This document shows positions 49,328-64,000 of a DNA stretch of 64,000 nucleotides, in pieces. The DNA comes from Lepidodermella squamata (lineage: Eukaryota > Animalia > Gastrotricha). The notes under the pieces are model-generated. The model saw nothing but the letters and a program-made list of their open reading frames with translations, made no database searches and had not been told where the DNA came from. The position numbers were made by a program, and so were the translations under genes. The stretch lies in assembly GCA_047495785.1 (NCBI GenBank), contig JBLDXI010000017.1, positions 248,001-312,000 on the forward strand. Reading direction: 5' to 3'. Every line of letters starts with the position of its first letter. The first letter of the stretch is position 1.

Positions 49328-49945
49328 TTACTTCACCTCCCACGTGAGACCGCTCTGAAGTGCTGCTTTGAGATATCGCTGCCGCCGCGATTCCTTGTAA
49401 CGCTCCATTCCACCAGCGTTAATCAAGAGTTGCGTACCACTTTCTCCTCTGGAACTTCCTCCAAGAGGGACGGGTCTAAAACAGAAATTCATAAGTTTCA
49501 AATACAATTGAGGCAATTAATCTCACCTCAAGCTGTCAGGACTTGCAGGGAAAGGAATTTTCCAGCCATAACTCAAAGCTTGTCCGATGGGAATTTTCGG
49601 TGCCGGGGGCCATGGATTAGTAATTACAATGGGTTTCGGGGGTGGGGCTGCGGCTTCTCGAGTCTGCGGGGGCGTGCCAGCCGATCCAGAAGATCCGCCA
49701 GACGCATTCGGTCTCGCCGGAGTCGTCGACCGCATCTGAAGCAAATCTGAAGTCGAAGGAACAGGTTGGCTAGAGGAAGAAGATGCTTTAACTGTCTCCA
49801 CAGGAGCAATCGTTGTTTTCGACAGCTGTTGAATGAGATTCAGTTCTTGGTGCATGTTAATCCGTTGCAATCGTTCCTTCTCCTTCTTCCTCTGAGCCTT
49901 TGTCTTAGCCTTCGTCCCGCTGGACCCTGCAGCATTCGACGCCAT
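49328..49945 (-). CDS. Orphan basic, Pro/Ser-rich protein (~188 aa); exons 49945-49527, 49475-49328
   Basis: Good ATG context; a 51-nt GT-AG intron joins two ORFs in frame; no known family recognised. Confidence 0.55.
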
Positions 49946-51148
49946 GGCAAGTAAGGGTTAGGATTAAATAGCCCTCAGGCTTATTGATTCAATCGGTCAA
50001 AAAAATTAGATAGTACTTAGTACGAACATGCGGAAAAGGTAATAGCCATACAATACGAGTAGGACTGATACTGTTGTTACTATCGCGTATTCATTGAACA
50101 AATACTGCTGCTTGCCAGCCATTATAATATACCTTGCAGGTGGTGCTAAGGCTCGGTGCTTGTGTATTGGTTTTAGCGTTTATATATTGCGCAAAAAGCA
50201 CTATTTAAATGCGCGCAAAGCGTCGCCTTTGTCAATTGATCGCCCGCCACGGCGCCTGGCAACCGGCTCGCTGCGTGAAAAAGGAATTAAAACCCTTTAA
50301 ATACACACTGTTAACATCGCATGAAATGACCATTCTACTTCTACTATACGTATTTACTAAGGCGCATTCAAATTTTATGGAATTTTGACCTGTGAAAGGA
50401 GAATTTCAATGGAAATGCCTATATCTGGATCATGTTGTCGGTAATTAATTGAATGCCAACAAAACTTTTTGACGAAAACACAGACATTTTTGGTGTCAAT
50501 AATTTTTATTCCAGCAAAAACAGGTAACCACTCACAATTCACAATCGTGTCTTAAAAACGATATAATGAATTATATTCCGGTATTATTATTTATAGTATG
50601 AAAAAATTATTTTAGGGAGAATTCTTGTAAATACACGTAATTTCAAGGGCCAACTAATGAGAGGTAATACATTCAATTAATTAATGCTGATTGATTTAAA
50701 TAATGGTAAAAAATTGGTAATTAATCAAATAATATCCGCCTCAAAACGCAAGAGAAATTATTATTTTTTGCAACAAAATTGTGGAAGATTTGTCACCTTT
50801 TAAAAAATCGAAACATGTACAATTATTTTCTCACTTCAACGGTAAAAAGAATAAAGTATATTTGAGTTTTATCAAATTACTTTTTTGATCACCACGCCAG
50901 ATACAACATCAATTTTTTTCATCCACGAACAGATAGGTAGATCAAAAAATCACAGGCTCGTTGGGCCATTGAGAAGTGTGGCAAGATACTCACGAAAATG
51001 ATGCAATTTTTTTCGAATAATATCGCAGTTTTGAACTCGAATGTCTTTTTTCGATCACAATGTAAGAGATAGAGCTATATCGTAATGAGCCACAATTGAT
51101 TCGATTTTTGCAGGCAAGAATTAATCACGTAATATCATGTTGTTGTTG

Positions 51149-55914
<4,766 letters not shown>

Positions 55915-57013
55915 TAGCGACTAAATGCGCCTAAAAATAGAACATCAATTTATCTAAATAACCCTAAAATAACACCTATATACTAAAAGAGACAGCAGTA
56001 GCTGATAATGAGGTAAAAGGTGAGTAACAGTCATAAGAAAGAGAAATGAGCTACCTTCCCGCAGCATCAGCATTTGATTTAAAAATACGAGGTTCCTTCT
56101 AACGTTGCAAGGACAAATATTACGGTCATAGAGCTAACTAAAGTTCAAATAATTATTATGCTTATTAACGTTCCATAGAATAGTTCAACAGTTAAACAAT
56201 TTGTGTTCTAAAATGAAGAGTTACTAGTTTTCTTCGATTCTTGGAAGCTCTATCGGCTGCATAAATCCATATTACATAAAACAAACTAGCATCATGCCCG
56301 GAGCATGGAGAATATCTAAATCGAAATCGCTGGTATATCAATGCCCAGCGTAGCGGTTTCGAGCCCGGCTTTCATGGAAGCTTAAACTCGGAAAACTTGA
56401 AGGTTTAATGGCTGTCTGCTTGGCGTTCTTGGCAACGACAAAATATGCTGATTTCTGTTTTTCAACTTTTATTATTCTTCATCAAACAGATAAATATATG
56501 CAAAAGCTGCAATAAAATGAAATCTTACGACTGAGTGATGAGTCATTTCAGAAGCCGGAATCTTGGTTGTCCCAAGTCTGCGGTCAAAAAGCGCGGAGTC
56601 CAGGCTATCTGGAAACGATCGATCAACACCAAGTCTGTTTGTGTTTGCCGGTCTGTGAAGATAGCTTAGTGCATGGTAGAAAGGTATAGATAGAACGGAT
56701 ATGGTTATGGCTACTTGCATCGCACTGGAAAGAAAAATGATGTGTTCTCAAGATTGCATCCTTTTAGCGAATAGCGAATGAGCCTTATAGATTCCGGCTT
56801 TCGTTTATTCTTAAATAATACCTGACACCTGACTGACTTGTGCGATTGTATTCTCACCTGTCAAGTGTCACCTTGATTCGAAACTTGCACTTAGAGATTC
56901 AGCTATTCCCTTTTTGCACCATAATCTAATTTTCGTTGTAAATCCTTAGATTTCTTAGACAAATTTTAACCGTGGCGCTCATCACCCGAAGACTCACGCC
57001 GTTGTTGATTGGA

Positions 57014-57583
57014 ATGAACATTTTGAGGTGCACGATGGCATCAAAAAGTCACACCCCTGCCTATGAAAAGATTCTACAAAGCGCGTTTGATGAACGCGAT
57101 CGCTCCGCGCAAATAGCGAAGCTACCAGTTCAAGTAGACAAAGAAGAGCTGAAGAAGCGGCTTACTCCGCAACAGTATCACATCACTCAAGAACGAGGAA
57201 CCGAGCGGGCATTCTCCGGCGAGCTTCCAGCTCCTCATTGTACTATTGCAAATGGAGGTGGCTCCAAGTCGTCTGCGAAAAATGATGGTCCCAAAATGAT
57301 TTACTCTTGCGTTGTTTGCGGCAACGATTTGTTCACATCAGCTGATAAATTTGATTCAGGCTGTGGCTGGCCTGCGTTCAACCGGTCCATCACTGATCAA
57401 GCTATTGTATATTTTCGCGATACTTCGCACAATATGATTCGTGTTGAAACTGTTTGTGGTAAATGCGGAGCTCACTTAGGCCACGTTTTCGACGATGGTC
57501 CTTTGCCCTCTGGCATTAGATACTGCATCAATGCGGTGTGCCTTAACGCGAAAGGTGGCGATCAAGATTCCTCACCTAAGTAG
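57014..57583 (+). CDS. MSRB: Methionine-R-sulfoxide reductase (Cys-type, Zn-binding), single exon
   Basis: LTPQQYHITQERGTERAFSG, CVVC, KFDSGCGWPAF, CGKCGAHLGHVFDDGP, RYCIN; start may be 57014 or 57035. Confidence 0.93.
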   Translation: MNILRCTMASKSHTPAYEKILQSAFDERDRSAQIAKLPVQVDKEELKKRLTPQQYHITQERGTERAFSGELPAPHCTIANGGGSKSSAKNDGPKMIYSCVVCGNDLFTSADKFDSGCGWPAFNRSITDQAIVYFRDTSHNMIRVETVCGKCGAHLGHVFDDGPLPSGIRYCINAVCLNAKGGDQDSSPK

Positions 57584-57889
57584 ACTTTCGTAATGATCAT
57601 GATTAAACAATCCCCCATCGACACATCAAACTGCTTTGACGTGTAGATAACGCTAGCTCCACGGTGCCACCGTGTTACGTATCACGCTAATGATTTCTCT
57701 CGTTGAAGATTTTATATTAATTGCTTGTAATGCGGCAAAACTTAGTTTTTCATATCAGGCTACGTTAAACGACCGACCCAGCATTGTTTATTTATATCGA
57801 GTGTTGATCAAGTAAAGTAATGAAGAATGCATTTTACGTTTTTATTTATTTTAGAAATAATAATTTAATAACTGTATCGACTCGACCAA

Positions 57890-60800
57890 ATGGAATCTTT
57901 GCTGAAGTGCGGCGAGATAAAGTCGCACGGTCAGCTGGTGAATTTGGTACATGATATGCAGTTGAATCTTGTCGTGAGTATATGGGACGAAAAGGATGTA
58001 ACTGAGCACCACAGTACAACTGTTCGTATTATCGATATTAATTCAGGTAATTATTTCAATCATAGCTATGTTGTTTTATTGCTATTTTTCTGCTTTTATA
58101 GGAAATTTGGTTTCGCAAGCTACGTTCAAAAATTCGAATCGAAAGAGCGTTTCTTGTGCTTATCATCCTTTCCTCGATAAACTGGTCCTCACGGACGGTA
58201 ATGCTATAAGTGTTCGACGCGACACTAACGGCCGTTTCCTACTGGCGAGCGTTTTCACATGCCCAGTAGCTTCGTCTTCGGACGAAATCGCACTGGAATT
58301 GCTGCTTCCTCACGCTCTTCAGCTGAAAGATGTGATTGATTTTGCGTCGACCGTCTCGCATCAAGGTGCTGCTGCTGCTCCTATGGCTTCCATTTCGGCA
58401 AACAGTAACGAGCCGGGCGCATTTTCTTCGCGAAAATTAAATTTTAACCTTATTGGTTCTCAACTGCAAGAAGTATTATCTCAAGCTACCCCGGAAACAA
58501 GGTAAATTCCATTTTCTTTAACAAAATTCTCGAATTAATTGCCGATTTTTAAACCAGTTCGGTTGTGTTAAAATTGCGTCAATCGACATTCTGTTCGTTA
58601 TTGTACTGGCTGATGAACATTTTGGGCGATTCTATGCACTGCGGAAATCATATGCGAAATCGCGTTCTATCAAATGCACCCACCCCACCACTACAAGCCG
58701 TGCCAATTGGCGACTCCGGTCTCGGAAAATCGTCCGTTGGTTCAAACAAAACCGGCTCAACATGCATGCAACAGCCACACAGCCTTCTTCCAGTTGTTTC
58801 ATCGCTGTACCTCCAAGCTATTATGCAGCTATCAGACCCGTATAACGAAATTCCAAAAGAGCACATGTTTGCGGAAATTTTTCGTTACGAGACGTTTTTG
58901 GAGTGGCCACATATTGACTACGAATGGGCTGGCCCGACTTCAATGGCCGTAGCCGGGTTTTACTACCAGCCAGCTTCCAGAGCGGAAGATCGAGCTGTTT
59001 GTTTTCAATGCGGGGTTTCGTTAGTTTCCTGGGAGCCGACTGACGAACCCTGGTCAGAGCACGAAAGACACGCGCCATCCTGTCCAATGGTCACGGGTGA
59101 TATAACATCGAATGTCCCACTTGCTGAGTCTGAATCATTCGAACCAGCTCAGCCGATCTACGTCTCGCCGCGTTTTTCGCCGATTGGCGACGAAAATAAT
59201 GCCGAGACTAATGACGGTGCTTTGAAAACCAGAATTCTAACGTCAAATAGCGATGGTTTGATAATAAGCGCGAACAATGCGGGAAATGTCATTTTGTGGG
59301 ACGCAACTCGCCGTTTGAGGCGATGCGCTTGTTTCTATTTGATTTCCGATTTCAAACAAAGCCAATCTTCGGCGTTGAATTACAAGGAAAAAGTCAATTT
59401 TCAGGCATTTTGCTTGCCTGAGGTCAGCCACAGCGATGCGGCTGAGGTAGACCCCGAAAATCGGCGGAAAAGCTCGTTGGGTAACAAGAAACAGGCGAAT
59501 AATGACGATGAGTATGTCAGAATCGTCGCGGCTGGTTCGTTTGGCGAGCAGTCGGAGCTATACGTGCTGGAATATATCCTTGAACCGCCCCTTTGGGCCG
59601 ATTCTAGGTTGGTTTTTTGCGCTTTAAATCGAATTGAGACTCGAATAAATCGAATAGACAATCATTTTACTAGATCCGACAAAGTTTTGGGCTTGTAATA
59701 TAAAAATAAAATTGGTGAAAATCAATCTCAAAAATAGCATTAAAGAAAAAAATTATCCATTTGGTATTCCAAGGCGTTATCCGGCCTGCATATGGTAATT
59801 CTGTTAATTTTTCTTCTACGAGAATGAAAACGATACCGGGAAATTTAGGATGCAGAAAATTACGACAAATTTTTCTGGTTTTTTCTGGTTTTGTTTGAGT
59901 TCCTGTTGCTCATCAAATCTTAAATTAAAATGTGAAAAAAATCAAAAATTGCGAAATACCAGGGAAATTTTGAGACCTTGAGCGCTATGCTACTGGATTT
60001 CAATCACAAAAAAGGAAAAACAACCAAAAAACTCATGAGTTCCAATGGAAGCAACTTGCATCCCAGAGATATAAGAGATATAAGTAAATGGAAATTTGAG
60101 GATATTTTGAAATGCAAGACTCTGATTTCTTAGAAAATTTGATAAATTCGCGTTTTCAATTTTTAACGGTCAAGGTTCCATATTCCAAGGACTAGAGGTT
60201 GACAAAAGATATAAGAGAAACGGAATTGACGGACCTAGTTCATTTTGTCATTTTCAAATTTAATTGGAATTGGTTTTGACTGGTCTAAATTATTCTTCAT
60301 TGAATCTCTCTTTTGTTCGTATTTTTGTTGATTTTTTGCTATTTCACCGTTTTTAATTTTTCTAGGTGCCAAACTGAAGGTGCAAGATCAGGAGCTCAAC
60401 CGCCCTTCACGTCTAGCTCTTCCGCCCCGATAAATGACCAGTACAACCTGATGCAATACGACATGTGGGACGACGACTCGCCGCCCTACGAAGAGGACCA
60501 AATCAGCCAAGACGATCAGGAACCGACGTTTCAAACGACCCAGGATAATAATAATAACGAAAAATCCAGCGACGCCAAACCGACCGAGTCGAAGGAACCG
60601 TTATCGTCCTCAACCTCGACTACAAATGAAATTATCGCGGCTACTGTTGAGCCAACGACGAAATCAAGTGGAAGTCAAGAGTTGGAAATTCCACCGCCTA
60701 GTAACGATATGGACGTCCCTATAGCAGAGCCGCAACCTCCCGGAGCGATGCGGCAGGTTTTCATAACAAAACCAGTGCCAACTGGCGGGACTGAACCGGT

Positions 60801-63800
60801 TTCAGCGAAACGGGTGATTAAATTACCGGAAATTTTCCAGAAAAACGGCGCGGTCTCAATAAACAGCGTTCACCACGTTGACAAGCAGCAAAAACTCGTC
60901 GTAGTGCTGAATGACTCGAAAATCGAGCAATTCGACGCGGAAAGCGACTGCCGGGCTTGCGCGAAAACCGGCGAAGAAGATCTCGAATCAACAGGTGGTG
61001 TTGTGATTTACAAGCTAAGACCGACCGTTAGGCGAGGCGGGGCTCAAAGCTCGGCCGTTTTAAGCGCATCGGACCAAAATTTCGACCAACCCGTGGCAGT
61101 TCTGGCCATGCCGGCGTTTTTACAATCGCAATATTTGTCGAAATCGCCGAGTTTCTACGCGGTAGAGCCGGAGATTTTGAAAAATTCCGCCGGGTTTCTG
61201 CTCAATTTACTGCCTGGGTCGAATTCAATTGCGTTATATTGCCTTCAAATGGGTGAAACTACGAATTTGAACCCGCTGGTAACGCTGAGTTTAGCCTCGG
61301 ATGACCACGTGACGCGGTTTATCTACTGCCCGGATGTTGATACGATAACAGCCGGGTCGTGCCAGGGCCGGTTGTCATTCTGGAAAAAACTCCCCGGGTC
61401 GAGTTCGAGCGAAAAATCCGTGCTGAAATCGCCGATGAAGTCGCCGGAAAAGGTGTTATCCGAAGAAATTTCCCCGTTGCCTTACCAGTTCGACGTGCCA
61501 ACCGTGCGGCATTTACTCAAAATTTCACATGCGGTTAGGCTAGATCAGCGTTACACTGTTTCGTGCCCGAATGGGTGGTCGGAAATGGCGGGAGACCAGG
61601 CGTCCCGCATGCACCCGGGCGGGCCGGGTACGGATCTATCGCCGACCAGGGCTGGGGCGAGTGGTCCCAACCCGCCTACCCGGGCTTTTGTGAGACACGG
61701 GTCGTGCCTCCGGGACACCTGCGACATTCAAACGAGCGAAAGTTCGTTCTACGCCCATTTCGACCTCGCCTTCACTCATTCGCTTCATGTCAGCCATATC
61801 GTTGCCTTACTCGGTTTCGACCCGCTTGACTGCTCGCTGGAGGACTGTAAGGTGTACCTACTACGGCAAAAAGACACGTGGGGCGCGATTAAATTCGGAA
61901 ATTTACGAAATAACTCGCAAAATTCGTCGAATTCGAAATCAGGTCTTCACGCTTTATCGACAAATTTCGACTTCGGCTCCTACGAAATTTTGTGTGGGCC
62001 GGTTGAGGTTAGTCAGTACGTGTTGCGGAACGAGCAGCCCGGCTCGGTTAACTCACCCAGCGGGCCGTTGAAAGCTGTGGTTATGCTAACATCGCCCGAA
62101 TTGATGACAACCCCGAGTCGGAGTTTGACTGTTCTAGTCGAATACAGCGCGTCTAGTGTCGGTCTAGCGGCGGCCTACAGCCAACAACAGCATATTTTGA
62201 GCGAGGCGGGGTCTAGCGTGTTAGGCTCAACCACCCCACCGCCGCCTAATGTTGGCCCACCGGCGATTTCAGCGACATTATCCGTCACTCCGATGTATCT
62301 ACCGAAGTACAAGCAAATTCAATCGAGCCCTATGAAGCGCCATTTAATGGCGAGCTTGGTCGATTTGCCGGACTTTTTATTCCAGGAAGACGCTCAGAAC
62401 AACTTTTTCAACTATTTACTCTCGCTATCCGGGCAAAATTTGTCGAATTTTAACATGGAATCACAGGCTAATGTTGTTGATGCGCTGAGCCTTCTTTCAT
62501 GGCTGCTGAATGTCAGTCAAACTGAGATAAGCGGGTCGACTTTCTCGCGAATTTCGCAGAAGGTCGTCGAAAATTTCGATTCCCTCCTGCAAATCGCGTA
62601 CATTTTCCCGGCGACAAGTTCGCGAGAAGCCGCGACAATTTTGTCCGAGATAATTCTGCTGATTTCCGAACGAAAAGGCGGTAAATCGATTTCGTCCATT
62701 GTCGAGCGGTTTTTCGACGGAATTTTTCTCGATCAAATGACGACGCAAATTCAGTCGCCGACAATTTTGCATCTGTTCCTGAAACTCGCGTCACGCCTCG
62801 CTGAAATTCAACTGGTTTCGCCCGGTAATGCGTTACCTGTAGCTGGTTTCGCGAAACTCGCCGCCCTCGGTGAAATTTTGTCGTTGCAAACGAATTCCGA
62901 ACGGGTTCAAATGGTTTCAGGCGATTCGTTGACTGCGAGTTCGAAGCTTTTCGACCTACCCCTGCCGACTCATCTGCTCGATACGTTTGTAAGACCGTCG
63001 TACGCTGCTGTGGTAGCGGGTCTTTTCGGCAACCCGGGTTCGGGTAATAACGGGTTCTCCAGCGGCCCGCCTGGTTTAGCCGATTCGTCGAAACTGAACG
63101 ACGGCCCTTGGTCGAATTTCTCGCCCTATTCGTTTCAAATGCCAGGCTTCGGCCAGAAAGTAATACCGACCCAGCCGCAGAAAATCACGGCGGCAGATTT
63201 CCCAGAGTTACCCGCTCCGGGTGATGTCGCGTACTCGCCCGGGCCTCGTCACATTTTCGGCCTGATTGAGTACGAATGTCTTCATTTTCGATTTCATAAA
63301 TTCTGCCAGGGTGCTAGGGCCGGGTCGCCTAGGGCTGGGTTTAAGGTGGCTCCACCGCCCTCGATCCGCCTGCCGAGTTCGGTCGCGTCTCAGCTGGTAC
63401 CAGCTAACCCGGAACCAGCCTGGAACCTACCCCAGGGCGCGAATCAAGCGACCCAGCCGATTTTACCCCTGGTTCATTCGTACTTCCCGACACTATCCGA
63501 GGCAAATGCGGCGTTTAGCCACGCCCTCGACCCGATAGTCGCTAATGCCAACAAAAAATCGAGTGGGATGATGTTTACGGTCGATGAGGTTCCAACAGCC
63601 GATGAAGTCCCAGTCACGAGTTCCGTGCCAATTTCGGTGATTTACGTCGCGAATAACGTTCAATCATCCGTACCACCGACCCCGAAACCAACCCCATATA
63701 TCACGCCATCAGTCACGCCGCCAAATGAGCCGTCGAATCTGCCGGCGATTCTACCCGGCCCGGTTTCGGTACCGCCAAACCAGTTGTCAAGCAACGCGGC

Positions 63801-64000
63801 TAATTCGCAGGATGCGCAAAGTCTCGGCCATAATTTCGACTACCTAACAAATATGTTGGTGCTAGATTATTGCAATAACTGGGTCGCGTTCGATAGATCA
63901 AGCGCGAGCTCGCGGCGATTTGTCGATCTCGACTTTGGCCGGCCTGTTGTCCTAACCGGGTTCATAATCCCCGTCAACGCTGACGTGCTATCCGTCGCTG
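57890..64000 (+). CDS. BIRC6: BIRC6/BRUCE-like giant IAP, 5' part; exons 57890-58046, ~58102-58501, ~58557-59607, 60366->64000
   Basis: BIR domain RYETFLEWPHIDYEWAGPTSMAVAGFYYQP..EDRAVCFQC..LVSWEPTDEPWSEHERHAPSCP..G..TSNVPL; DGNAISVRRD; later EILCGPV...LTSPEL and SARRFVDLDFGRPVVLT; last exon is open to the window edge, so missing from the ORF track. Confidence 0.9.

Noticed and set aside
57584-57889. Operon or trans-splicing between MsrB and BIRC6 (short gap, AG acceptor before the ATG)
   Set aside because: A nearby GT donor could make it an ordinary 5' UTR intron; not decidable without cDNA
61319-63538. Several short ORFs in the track
   Set aside because: Alternate-frame or antisense shadows of the long BIRC6 exon

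Overview
Eukaryotic (animal) genomic DNA with compact genes and mostly 50-60 nt GT-AG introns; many genes are split across the ORF track and were re-assembled here by hand. 0-10 kb: two paralogous ZC2HC1-like C2HC zinc-finger genes flank two paralogous divergent 7TM receptors, followed by a gene fusing an apparently dead trypsin-like domain to a TIR domain and a CaaX box. 11-32 kb: an accessory region of small secreted proteins (a Gly-rich protein, four genes of an unrecognised Cys-rich domain family, two prohormone-like paralogs) around a ~13 kb gene-poor stretch with MITE remnants. 32-50 kb: an intronless class C GPCR, a GPI-anchor-like two-disulfide Kunitz protein, a probable pseudogene, an internally deleted P-element-type transposon, an atlastin-like GTPase, a second Gly-rich gene and an orphan. 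Two perfect 31-bp excision-type footprints of the same transposon occur at 2.0 and 40.0 kb. 51-64 kb: TTLL5, MsrB and the 5' part of BIRC6. No rRNA, tRNA or CRISPR seen. The species cannot be determined from the sequence alone.
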